DNA of 64,000 bases from Bacillales bacterium (lineage in GTDB: Bacteria; Bacillota_I; Bacilli_A; RF39; UBA660). Shown piece by piece: positions 1 to 9,050 of the stretch; within the stretch, counting starts at the first letter, position 1, and every line of letters begins with the position of its first letter. The stretch lies in contig JAEEKI010000012.1 of the NCBI GenBank assembly GCA_016282375.1, positions 6,254 to 70,253 on the forward strand, read 5' to 3'. Both the position numbers and the translations under genes were made by a program. A model generated the notes under the pieces. That model saw only the letters and a program-made list of their open reading frames with translations, made no database searches and was not told where the DNA came from.

Positions 1-171
1 TCCACCTAGGGTAACAAAGACCATATTATTTCTTTCTGTTACGGTATTGGCATTAGCTACATTAGTTATATTCATATTACCTGTTGAAAAGTATGCATAT
101 GTTGCTCCTATAATTAAGACTAAAAAAGTCAGTATGGTAACAATCATTAAAACAATGTTATTCTTTTTCAT
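1..171 (-). CDS. N-terminal 57 codons of a paralog-family secreted/surface protein (gene runs off the left edge)
   Basis: ATG at 169-171 (minus strand), 5 nt after AGGAG. My translation is MKKNNIVLMIVTILTFLVLIIGATYAYFSTGNMNITNVANANTV..., open to position 1. Same N-terminal design as 11658-13889 and 47361-50987. Confidence 0.7.
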   Translation of the reverse strand, partial: MKKNNIVLMIVTILTFLVLIIGATYAYFSTGNMNITNVANANTVTERNNMVFVTLGG

Positions 172-199
172 ATGAACTCCTACTATGATAAGTATAGCA

Positions 200-967
200 T
201 TACAGTTTATAATAGTCAAAGTAATGATTAAGTAAATACTCTTTATCACTCATTACTTTGCTATTTATAAAATAATAGTATTTTACATCTTTATGGTAAT
301 TATTAATATTTTCATTTTTACTGATTACCCTATTAAAGAATAAATCATCATATAAACATCTTTCTAAAAGAAATTTATGATACATTATTTTTCTATTTTT
401 TATTACTTCGATAGTCTTATATAAGAATAATCCCAATAATAAATAATTGTTGATTAAATAATGATAATTTAGTATTAAAAAGATGACCATAAAGAAAAAA
501 GATACTAAGTAATATACTTTTAAACTATTTTTAAATGATAAAAATAAACAACTAATTTCCATTAGTATTTTACTTCCATCTAAGGGAATAATGGGTAAAA
601 GATTAAAGAACATTATTTGGTAGTTTATTTGCATTAAGAAAGAATCTACTTTTAATAAAGATAAAATAAAAGATAATATTAATTGAAAAACAATTCCAAA
701 ACTAGCTATTAATAGATCATTAAAAATTGGTGTATTCAGATGTTTATTAATCTTAGTTAATCCTCCGAAAGGAAATATTTCAACACTTATTACTTCATAA
801 CCTAATATTAAAGTAATAAAGATATGGCCTAGTTCATGAAAAAGAACAATAAAAAAAGAATATAAAGCATATTTGATAAAACCACATAAACAAGCTATTA
901 ATAAAAAATATAAAGTAAGATAATTAAATTTGATTTTGATATTCTTCATATGAATAATATTTTTCAT
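200..967 (-). CDS. Site-2 protease family zinc metallopeptidase (peptidase M50, SpoIVFB-like)
   Basis: Polytopic membrane ORF with HExxH (FHELGHIF) and NLLPIIPLDG motifs. It follows mreC-mreD-M23-like genes, as spoIVFB does in Bacillus. The true start may be the Met at 949. Confidence 0.8.
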   Translation of the reverse strand: MKNIIHMKNIKIKFNYLTLYFLLIACLCGFIKYALYSFFIVLFHELGHIFITLILGYEVISVEIFPFGGLTKINKHLNTPIFNDLLIASFGIVFQLILSFILSLLKVDSFLMQINYQIMFFNLLPIIPLDGSKILMEISCLFLSFKNSLKVYYLVSFFFMVIFLILNYHYLINNYLLLGLFLYKTIEVIKNRKIMYHKFLLERCLYDDLFFNRVISKNENINNYHKDVKYYYFINSKVMSDKEYLLNHYFDYYKL

Positions 968-1484
968 CTTTAGAAATTAACATATATAGTTTATTATTAA
1001 CTTCCCCTAGAATAGTGTCTAACTCAACATAATCATACATTTGCACACTTATATTTTCTAAAGAAGCATACCAAATATCAAAGCCATTACTACCCTGAAT
1101 TATAATAACATTCTCAAATTCCTCCTTGGGACCAATATATATTACTATCCCTGGTGTTATGGCCCTAACAGGATAATTACTAGATACATGAAAAAGTGTT
1201 CCCTCTTTATATGATTCATAACTAGTTAAATCATTATTTTGAGAAACTAAAACTGCATCATTATTAATAACGGATATTTTTTTATAAAAAGAATTAAACT
1301 TAGCAAAATTAAAATGATTCTCAAATACATATTTTTTAAAAGTATTTAAATTCTTATCACTTAATGATGTATAAATTAAACTACTCAAAACAATAATAAT
1401 CATTATTAAATACTTAGTAATATACTTTGAAAGATTGTGTTTAGGTTTATCATTTAAATAACTATCCAATAGTTTATTATGCAT
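924..1484 (-). CDS. Membrane-anchored LytM/M23-like domain protein (SpoIVFA-like position)
   Basis: N-terminal TM helix. The C-terminal segment PGIVIYIG...VIIIQGSNGFDIWYASL...VELDTILGEV looks like a degenerate M23 fold. The ORF overlaps the start of the M50 gene. Confidence 0.45.
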   Translation of the reverse strand: MHNKLLDSYLNDKPKHNLSKYITKYLIMIIIVLSSLIYTSLSDKNLNTFKKYVFENHFNFAKFNSFYKKISVINNDAVLVSQNNDLTSYESYKEGTLFHVSSNYPVRAITPGIVIYIGPKEEFENVIIIQGSNGFDIWYASLENISVQMYDYVELDTILGEVNNKLYMLISKDEKYYSYEEYQNQI

Positions 1485-1488
1485 TATT

Positions 1489-1803
1489 TCACCATTTAAG
1501 TATATGATGATGATTTAAAATAATGAATACTATCTGATATAAGAATGATATCAAATATATAGTTTTCAAAAATAAAAGACTAAAGACTATAAAAATAAGA
1601 ATATTACTCAAATAATAATTCTTGATTAATTTATAAAGAAAAAAACTAATTATTAAAAAGAGTGTCATAAAACCATAAGTATAAGATACTAAATAATCAA
1701 TTATTAAACCATAAAGAATAATTAAATAAAGATTCTTACTATTTAAAACATTAAGAAAAAAGACTGTTTTTTTAAAAGATAATAAATCAATTATAATTGT
1801 CAT
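1489..1803 (-). CDS. Small polytopic membrane protein, MreD-like
   Basis: 104 aa, all hydrophobic helices. LYGLIIDYLVSYTYGF resembles the MreD core motif. It overlaps the end of mreC. It is shorter than typical MreD. Confidence 0.45.
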   Translation of the reverse strand: MTIIIDLLSFKKTVFFLNVLNSKNLYLIILYGLIIDYLVSYTYGFMTLFLIISFFLYKLIKNYYLSNILIFIVFSLLFLKTIYLISFLYQIVFIILNHHHILKW

Positions 1804-2407
1804 ACTCTTTTTCCTTTACAACTACTACATCCATAGTAAGCACTTCATTATTAACTAGTTCAATTTCTAAAGTATTAGCTATTTCATTTGGATCTTTTTG
1901 GATTTTTTTAACAAAGCCAATTAAGAAATTATCACCGATATAGCCTAGATTCGAAGTATATACCTTATCATTTATATTTATTATACAATGAGCATCGACA
2001 TTAGTAACTAAAACTTTTTGATCATACTTTAAAAGACCATAGCAATTATTAATCTGAACCTGTAACAAAATATCGGGATTAGTAAGCAATTTAACAATAG
2101 CCATATTTTGATATTTATTTTTTATAATTCCTAATAAACCTTTTTCGTTAATAACATAATTATTGATATTTATTTTAGTATCATCAATAGCAATTATTAA
2201 TTCTTCATTAAATTTATAAGGATTTTGATAAAGAATTTTACCATAAACATAATTTTCTTTATAAATAACATTACTTTGAATACTGTTATTTATTACATTA
2301 ATGTATATATCTTTAGAATTATTAATTAACTTTAAAAAATATGGTTTAGTTATAACCAATAAAAAAAGAATTAATAAATAATAACTTTTAGATACTAATA
2401 TACGCAT
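1787..2407 (-). CDS. mreC: Rod shape-determining protein MreC (short form)
   Basis: N-terminal anchor, then GLLGIIKN...AIVKLLTNP...VYTSNLGYIGDNFLIGFVKKI, matching the MreC beta-domain pattern (GLvGrV...V.Ll.d...TSG..g.fP.Gl.IG.V). Confidence 0.7.
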   Translation of the reverse strand: MRILVSKSYYLLILFLLVITKPYFLKLINNSKDIYINVINNSIQSNVIYKENYVYGKILYQNPYKFNEELIIAIDDTKININNYVINEKGLLGIIKNKYQNMAIVKLLTNPDILLQVQINNCYGLLKYDQKVLVTNVDAHCIININDKVYTSNLGYIGDNFLIGFVKKIQKDPNEIANTLEIELVNNEVLTMDVVVVKEKEYDNYN

Positions 2408-2440
2408 ATTAATAGGATATCCAATTATTATCTTTTAATT

Positions 2441-3466
2441 CTAATTTATATCACAAGCATTTTCTAAGTCATTAATTTGTTTACTAACAAAGACAACATT
2501 ATCTTTCTTACAATTAACAATAGTATAATCATGCAAAGGATAGTAACTATATCCATCTTCTTCGACTATCTCAGTTGATTTAACCAAATTGTCAATTGAT
2601 TCCCTTTTATCCATCAAAAGATAGAATAGCTCATAAATATTATTTTCATCATAACGATAATAGATGCCTTGTAAACCCATGTAGTAGAATTTATCATAGG
2701 CTTTAGTTACTGAACGATCATTTATTTCGTTAACGATTAATTCATATTTATCATAAATAGATGAAGGAATTATTTTTGCATCAGTAATATGAATTTCTGT
2801 TTTTTCATCGCTTGTTTTAAGACTTCTTACAATACCTATTACTTCGATAAAATCATAAACATAGTAATCAGCAGGATCGATATCCAACCCATCAATAACA
2901 ACACTTTTTTCATTATCAAATGATACATGACCATTTAAATCAATTCTATCTTCATAAGCCGATAATCCTAAGGAAGAAGTCCCTACAATAGTGGTTATTT
3001 TTCCTTCGATATGTACAAATTTATTCTTATATGTTTTAAAACTCTCTTTAGGATTTTCTAAAATCTTATTAACATTAATCGTAGGAAGATAATTCTTATC
3101 ACAAGGGCAACTCTTTTTATAACCATTATCAATATTTAATTCGCCATCACAATCATAAACCCGATAAAACAAACTGTTATACGTTTTTACTTTTGTAGAT
3201 GATACTTTTTTTATAGCCATTATAGGATATGTATTAAATAAATTGACGATGAAAAAATCGAATAAATAAAGGCCAACAATAAGTGATAAAGGAATTAAGA
3301 TAATTTTAGCAACCTTTTCAGGCAAATTAAGAATTAAACCCATGGAAAAGATTATTATGCCAATTAAAAGCGCCACAATTCTAAAAATGCTATACACATT
3401 AATAAAATATGGTGTTATTAAAAAAAGTAAACCAATAATGATGAAAAAGATATTAACTTTTTTCAA
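2441..3466 (-). CDS. Hypothetical membrane protein (3 N-terminal TM helices plus extracytoplasmic domain)
   Basis: Long ORF with hydrophobic N-terminus. No family recognised by eye. Confidence 0.6.
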   Translation of the reverse strand: MKKVNIFFIIIGLLFLITPYFINVYSIFRIVALLIGIIIFSMGLILNLPEKVAKIILIPLSLIVGLYLFDFFIVNLFNTYPIMAIKKVSSTKVKTYNSLFYRVYDCDGELNIDNGYKKSCPCDKNYLPTINVNKILENPKESFKTYKNKFVHIEGKITTIVGTSSLGLSAYEDRIDLNGHVSFDNEKSVVIDGLDIDPADYYVYDFIEVIGIVRSLKTSDEKTEIHITDAKIIPSSIYDKYELIVNEINDRSVTKAYDKFYYMGLQGIYYRYDENNIYELFYLLMDKRESIDNLVKSTEIVEEDGYSYYPLHDYTIVNCKKDNVVFVSKQINDLENACDIN

Positions 3467-3510
3467 ACTATACTCCTTTACTATCTATAGTATACTATAA
3501 TTTAATTCAT

Positions 3511-3546
3511 TAAAAAACGAAAAAATCTCACTTAAATGAGATTTTT
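3511..3546 (-). terminator. Intrinsic terminator ending the recD2 transcription unit
   Basis: AAAATCTCA-loop-TGAGATTTT (3522-3545), followed on the minus strand by TTCGTTTTTT. Confidence 0.65.
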
Positions 3547-3566
3547 ATCAGGAATGTCAAATCATT

Positions 3567-3719
3567 TTACTTATCTTTGGCATTGTATTTGTCAGAGGTA
3601 TATGGTGATGGTAAATTTTTGATTTTTTTCTTCATTTTAGGCATCATAAAATACATACTTGTCAAAGATGCCCCCATTACCATTCCAATACCTAATGAGC
3701 TCATTATTCTTTTCATCAT
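3567..3719 (-). CDS. Candidate 50-aa small membrane protein
   Basis: Found by hand, below the ORF-track length cutoff: MMKRIMSSLGIGMVMGASLTSMYFMMPKMKKKIKNLPSPYTSDKYNAKDK. GAGGTGA lies just upstream. It sits between the recD2 stop and the terminator at 3511-3546. Confidence 0.35.
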   Translation of the reverse strand: MMKRIMSSLGIGMVMGASLTSMYFMMPKMKKKIKNLPSPYTSDKYNAKDK

Positions 3720-3755
3720 TCACCTCATTAAGTATTATTACCTAAAGACAAAATA

Positions 3756-5954
3756 TTATTCTTGAAATTGGTCTATTAAAAAATCTTGCAAACTAGTTTT
3801 TCGAAGTGAAGAATAATTATTTTGAATGCCACTCGTAAAACTGCGAGGATCCCCTATTAAAGTTAGGCTTTTTTTAGCACGTGATACCCCTGTATAAAGA
3901 AGTTTATTATAAAGCATTGAATAATAACCTTTACTGATTGGCATAATAACATGATTAAACTCACTACCCTGACTTTTATGAACAGTCATGGCAAAAGCAT
4001 GCATAATATTTTTTAAATCTTTCTTTTCGTAATCGACAATGTTGCCATCAAAATCAATCTTAACAACATCCTTATTATTAAAATTACGATAAATGCTCAA
4101 TATTTTACCTATATCGCCATTGAAAACACCATTATCAGAATCATTAACTAGTTGTAAAACTTTATCATTTTCACGATATATTTTGTCTAAAAATTTAATT
4201 TCTTGTTTATGATCATCATGCGGATTATATATACTTTGCAACCTAATATTGAGATTATCAATGCCATTTATTCCCTTATACATTGGAGCTAAAACTTGCA
4301 TATCATCTTCCGTAATACCCTTAGATAAAGCATATTTAACCGAAGCAGTAACTTTGGCTAGAATTTCTTCCTCTGGACAAATAATAAAATTATAATCGTC
4401 TCTTTTATACATAAACTCTTCATCAATATTTTGAAGTTTAATATCTTTGGCTAAAAAAGGAATATAAGAATTATCACTTTGACGATAAATAATCGATAAA
4501 GGATTATAAACAAAAAAATCACTATTAATTAAATCTTGTAAGACAAGACCTGGTCCAACCGAAGGTAATTGATAAATATCACCAACTAAAACCAAATTAA
4601 CATTCACATTGATGGCAGATAATAAAGCCTTCATCAAAGAAATATCAATCATCGATGTTTCATCCACTATAATTAATTTTTGAACTATTTTATTATTCTC
4701 ATCATATTCAAAAGTATCACTCTCTTTATGCCACTTTAAAAAACGATGGATAGTATAAGCCGGTAAACCGGTAGCTACTGATAACTTCTTACTTGCCCTA
4801 CCTGTCGGAGCTAAAAGTGCTATCTCTTTTAGAACTTCATCCTTCATTAAAGAATATTCTTGAATATAAAGATCCACGATAGCCTTAATAATCGTCGTCT
4901 TTCCAGTTCCAGGGCCTCCTGAAATAATAGAAATACTATTTGTCAAAGCTGATTTAATAGCCTTTTTTTGTTCATCATTATAGACAATATGTTGTTTTTC
5001 CTCATAAGCAGTTAGTTTTTTATCTAAGTCTTTAATCTTTTTAATCTTACCTTTAGAAATACTATGTAAATCGGTAGCAACACACTCTTCTTCCATAAAA
5101 TATTTTGTTAAGTAAAATCTTTTATCAATAACCACAATTTGTCCTTCGGAAGCTAACTGTGTAAGACATTCCATATACTTATCACTGTCAATATTTAGAT
5201 TAAAAAACACTGTTAAGGCTTTATATATTTCCTCAAGATTATAATAAGTACTACCTTCATTAAAACTTATCTGAAGCATGCTATTCAAAAGACATTCCTT
5301 ACATCTTAACATACTTTCTTTATCAAAATTATTTAAATAAATATCATCTATCTTTTTAAAATCAAAAATATCTTTCAAAAGATATAAATTACCTTCCAAA
5401 ATAGTTTCAATTTCATCATTATGTTTAGCCAGTATTTTAGCACTATCTTCGATAGAAAAACCCATTTTTGATAATTTAAGGATAATTGTTTCATCTTTTT
5501 CATAAGCTAAAATACTATTATATATTTTCATGGCTTTTAAAGCGGTCATGCCTTTGATAACTAAAAGATTATTAACATCTTCCTTGATGATATCTAAAGC
5601 CTTATCGCCATATTTTTTAACAATTTTTTCCGCTGTGACTTTACCACAACCTTCGACAAAACTACTTTGTAAGAATTCCAAAATAGCATCTTTCCCTTCA
5701 GGTTTCACTAACTCATAAGTTGAAAAAGCAAATTGCCAAGAATACTTAGGATGTTTAACATAATCTCCTTGCAAAAGATAGTTAGCCTCAAGTTTTACAT
5801 CATTAATTAACCCATTAACATTAATTAACTTATTATCTGCTTTATTAATCTCTTCATTATCCGTTTCTGCAACCTTAAAAAGAGCAACAAGATAATTATT
5901 GTCACCATTTTGATAAATAATCTTCTTAAATTTGCCCTTGATATAATAAGTCAT
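3756..5954 (-). CDS. recD2: RecD2-type SF1B ATP-dependent DNA helicase
   Basis: 732 aa. Walker A SGGPGTGKTT. LIIVDETSM, VGDIYQLPSVGPG and MTVHKSQGSEF motifs are typical of RecD-like helicases. N-terminal region is RecD2-like. Confidence 0.85.
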   Translation of the reverse strand: MTYYIKGKFKKIIYQNGDNNYLVALFKVAETDNEEINKADNKLINVNGLINDVKLEANYLLQGDYVKHPKYSWQFAFSTYELVKPEGKDAILEFLQSSFVEGCGKVTAEKIVKKYGDKALDIIKEDVNNLLVIKGMTALKAMKIYNSILAYEKDETIILKLSKMGFSIEDSAKILAKHNDEIETILEGNLYLLKDIFDFKKIDDIYLNNFDKESMLRCKECLLNSMLQISFNEGSTYYNLEEIYKALTVFFNLNIDSDKYMECLTQLASEGQIVVIDKRFYLTKYFMEEECVATDLHSISKGKIKKIKDLDKKLTAYEEKQHIVYNDEQKKAIKSALTNSISIISGGPGTGKTTIIKAIVDLYIQEYSLMKDEVLKEIALLAPTGRASKKLSVATGLPAYTIHRFLKWHKESDTFEYDENNKIVQKLIIVDETSMIDISLMKALLSAINVNVNLVLVGDIYQLPSVGPGLVLQDLINSDFFVYNPLSIIYRQSDNSYIPFLAKDIKLQNIDEEFMYKRDDYNFIICPEEEILAKVTASVKYALSKGITEDDMQVLAPMYKGINGIDNLNIRLQSIYNPHDDHKQEIKFLDKIYRENDKVLQLVNDSDNGVFNGDIGKILSIYRNFNNKDVVKIDFDGNIVDYEKKDLKNIMHAFAMTVHKSQGSEFNHVIMPISKGYYSMLYNKLLYTGVSRAKKSLTLIGDPRSFTSGIQNNYSSLRKTSLQDFLIDQFQE

Positions 5955-7186
5955 TAAATCTTCCTTTGATAAATCTTATTTACTTCTAAAACTTCATCGA
6001 TGGTTACTCCTAAATAATTTGAGGTATGGCCAAAACTTTTACCATCTTGATGATATTCGATTAAAACATCTAATGTTTGGCCTTTAAAAAGATCGTAATA
6101 ATTCTTTTCTAACACTTCCGATAAATTGATTAATTTTCGAGCCCTATCCTTCTTATCACGTTCCGATACTTCATTAGGCATCCTCGAAGCAGCTGTACCG
6201 GTTCTTTTTGAATAAGGAAAAACATGAATCTTAGCAAAATTAATCTTTTGACAGAATTCATAAGTTTTTAAAAACAAAGCATCTGTTTCATAATTATGGC
6301 CTACGATAACATCGGTTGTAATGGCAATATCTGGTCTAATTTTACGAATTTGTTTAATTTTTTCTTCATAATATGCCGTATCATATTTACGATTCATAAT
6401 CTTAAGTATCTCATCACAACCTGATTGCAATGGAATATGTAAATGATCACAAAATTTAGAATTATTTTTTAGAATATTAAAGAACTTATCATTTAATTCT
6501 GTTATCTCAATCGATGATAATCTAATTCTTTGAATACCTTTTATTTTAGAGAGTTCTTCAATTAAATCATATAAATCTTTACCATCATCATGATAAGAAC
6601 CCGTATGAATACCCGTTAAAACAATTTCTTTATAGCCTTTTTCGGCTAGAGTGTTAGCTTCTTCGATAATACTTACGAAATTGCGAGAGCGAACATTTCC
6701 TCGCACATAAGGAATAATACAATAAGAACAAAAATTATTACACCCATCTTGAACCTTAATATAGGCTCTTACTTGATTAAAGTTATTTAAACTCATCTCT
6801 TCGAAAGGAATGTCTCGATCACTTTCAATATTACAGTAATTAGTTTTATTAACAAGATAGTCTTTAATTAATTCTACTAATGTACTTTTATGTCTATTGC
6901 CTATTATAATGTTAGCGCCTAAGTCTTTATATGGCTCACAATTATTTTGACTAGAGCAACCACAGATCACTAAGATAGCCTTAGGATTTTCTCTTTTTAT
7001 TCTTCGTACCATTTTTAAACACTTTTTATCGGAGGTATCAGTTACACTACAAGTATTAATAATAACAATATCACTTTGATTTAATTCCTCACAAAAAGAA
7101 AAACCATTATTAACTAATGATTCACTTATATAATTAGATTCATACATATTAACTTTACAACCGAAAGTAATAATATTAAATTTCAT
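5954..7186 (-). CDS. mtaB: tRNA methylthiotransferase, MtaB/MiaB family (radical SAM)
   Basis: N-terminal MTTase domain (TFGCKVN, INTCSVT), radical SAM CNNFCSYCIIP, C-terminal TRAM-like region. 410 aa fits MtaB. Confidence 0.8.
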   Translation of the reverse strand: MKFNIITFGCKVNMYESNYISESLVNNGFSFCEELNQSDIVIINTCSVTDTSDKKCLKMVRRIKRENPKAILVICGCSSQNNCEPYKDLGANIIIGNRHKSTLVELIKDYLVNKTNYCNIESDRDIPFEEMSLNNFNQVRAYIKVQDGCNNFCSYCIIPYVRGNVRSRNFVSIIEEANTLAEKGYKEIVLTGIHTGSYHDDGKDLYDLIEELSKIKGIQRIRLSSIEITELNDKFFNILKNNSKFCDHLHIPLQSGCDEILKIMNRKYDTAYYEEKIKQIRKIRPDIAITTDVIVGHNYETDALFLKTYEFCQKINFAKIHVFPYSKRTGTAASRMPNEVSERDKKDRARKLINLSEVLEKNYYDLFKGQTLDVLIEYHQDGKSFGHTSNYLGVTIDEVLEVNKIYQRKI

Positions 7187-7195
7187 AAACTCCCC

Positions 7196-7684
7196 CTAGT
7201 TTAACGACTTTTGTAATTCTTTTAAAGCTTTTAAAAACTCCTCTTCTCTTTTCACAGTAAATAAATGCACATCTATTTTAGGTGCTTCCACTTTTTGAGT
7301 AGGATTAACCAAATTATCTAAATCAAACTTCTTAATACTTAAACCATCTTTATCATCCTCAGAGGAATAATTTAAAGCATATTCTCCCGTATTAGATAAT
7401 AATTCATCATAAGAAATAATTGCTTTATCTTCCTGCTCTTTTTCATACGAAGTAAAAGTTATTGGCTTAGGACTCTCCGTATTTTTTAAAGCTTCAGCAA
7501 TATTTTTTAAATTATCAGGATCAGTAATCGCTTCTTGAGTTATTTCATCTTCATTAATACGAATAAAATATATTAAACTAACAACTAAGATAATTAAGAA
7601 AATCACCGTAAAGAAAAACACATAATCAATAAATGATAGGTTTTTTAAAAATAATATTATGTCTTTAACCATAATAACCACCAC
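7196..7684 (-). CDS. Hypothetical membrane-anchored acidic protein
   Basis: ORF with one N-terminal TM helix and an acidic C-terminal region. No family recognised. Confidence 0.5.
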   Translation of the reverse strand: MVVIMVKDIILFLKNLSFIDYVFFFTVIFLIILVVSLIYFIRINEDEITQEAITDPDNLKNIAEALKNTESPKPITFTSYEKEQEDKAIISYDELLSNTGEYALNYSSEDDKDGLSIKKFDLDNLVNPTQKVEAPKIDVHLFTVKREEEFLKALKELQKSLN

Positions 7685-7745
7685 AAAATTATTCTACCAC
7701 ATTTGCATTTACTTGAAAACACTTGATGATTTATTTACTTAAAAA

Positions 7746-8969
7746 TTATGTCAATATATACGGATCATTAACAGTTCCCGTACCGGAAACCACAGCCGTC
7801 TTAATAATAGTAATAACTGGCCGAATGGCTCTTAAATTATCACCAGTATCCTTGTCAAGAACTTTACCATTAGCGCTCACAGCAAAAGGTGTATAATCCT
7901 TTTCAGTTAACTTAGCACCCGTCAATAAATAATATTCAATTGTGATATCTTCATTGTATAAATAAAAACTCTTGTTTTCATCTTCGGTAGTCGCTCCAGC
8001 ATAAATAACCTCATCTACCGTTAACATAGCAATCTTACTTTGAACTTTATCGCCTAAACATATAAAAGATGGAATATGATCAACTTTTATTCTTGTTTCA
8101 GATAATAAACCTTCATCACCTTGAGTATTATCATTACAATACTTTTGATTAGCTACATAAAATTCAGATTTTTTAACATTCTTAACAAACCAATCATTAT
8201 TCAAATAAGTATATAAGTTGGAATTCTTAAACTTATAATTATCAATAGAATCATAATACTTCTTGATGGTTTCTGTTACCCCATCCAAGACTAATTTAAC
8301 AGAACCATCACCGTTAATCTTAACTATTTTATAATTAACGTCATCGATTACCACATTATTATTTTGGACATTACCTCGAAAATAATATGCTGATCCATAA
8401 TCATCAATTGTTCTAATTAAGCCTTCATCTTCGGTAGCTATTTCCTTACCCGGTTCTGTTAAAGGTGCAGTCTTAATTTCATTATGTGAAAGAATCGTAT
8501 CCGCAAAATTAGTTACTTCACTATTCTCTTCACTCACACTTATTTCAATACTATAGGTAATCTTATCTTCAGCATTAAACGACAAAGTATAATTATGAAT
8601 ACCTTCGCCTTCGATTTCAATATAACTAGAAATAGTTGAACTATACGGAGTTAAATAATCCGTTATAGTTACATCATCTCCATTAGTAAGTGTATATTTA
8701 ATATTACCTTTAATATTCTTCGGATTTAAAAAAGCTATATAATAATAAACTGTTTCTTCGGAAGAATTAATAACAGAAAAAGTAACTGTTTTATCTTTAT
8801 ATATTTTTAGTTTATCACCATTTTCATAGTTAATTGATAAAACCCCAGATGTTTTGATCATAGCCACATCTTTAATTTTTTTATATGAAAAATAGGAAAC
8901 TCCTAAAACTAATGAACCAATTATTAAAAAAAGTAATATAATTAGTATTCTTTTAAACTTCTTTTGCAT
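7746..8969 (-). CDS. Paralog-family secreted protein (divergent N module plus short M module)
   Basis: Start moved to ATG 8969 (GGAGA 8 nt upstream), because the track start at 9017 overlaps the pnp terminator. N-terminus MQKKFKRILIILLFLIIGSLVLGVSYFSY. C-terminal motifs IAMLTVDEV, RAIRPVITI and GTGTVNDPYILT are shared with the family. Confidence 0.7.
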   Translation of the reverse strand: MQKKFKRILIILLFLIIGSLVLGVSYFSYKKIKDVAMIKTSGVLSINYENGDKLKIYKDKTVTFSVINSSEETVYYYIAFLNPKNIKGNIKYTLTNGDDVTITDYLTPYSSTISSYIEIEGEGIHNYTLSFNAEDKITYSIEISVSEENSEVTNFADTILSHNEIKTAPLTEPGKEIATEDEGLIRTIDDYGSAYYFRGNVQNNNVVIDDVNYKIVKINGDGSVKLVLDGVTETIKKYYDSIDNYKFKNSNLYTYLNNDWFVKNVKKSEFYVANQKYCNDNTQGDEGLLSETRIKVDHIPSFICLGDKVQSKIAMLTVDEVIYAGATTEDENKSFYLYNEDITIEYYLLTGAKLTEKDYTPFAVSANGKVLDKDTGDNLRAIRPVITIIKTAVVSGTGTVNDPYILT

Positions 8970-9003
8970 CGTATCTATCTCCATTATCATTATATTAAGG
9001 CAT

Positions 9004-9046
9004 AAAAAAATTGTCAATTTCTATTTTCTTAGAATATTGACAATTT
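9004..9046 (-). terminator. Hairpin terminator after pnp
   Basis: Minus strand AAATTGTCAAT...ATTGACAATTT (11-bp arms, 17-nt loop) plus TTTTTT. Confidence 0.55.
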
Positions 9047-9050
9047 CTTC

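Noticed and set aside
3577-3765. 62-aa plus-strand ORF in the recD2 3' region
   Set aside because: It has no SD, overlaps the recD2 stop, and lies antisense to a better small ORF with an SD and a terminator. It is likely a chance ORF in AT-rich DNA.
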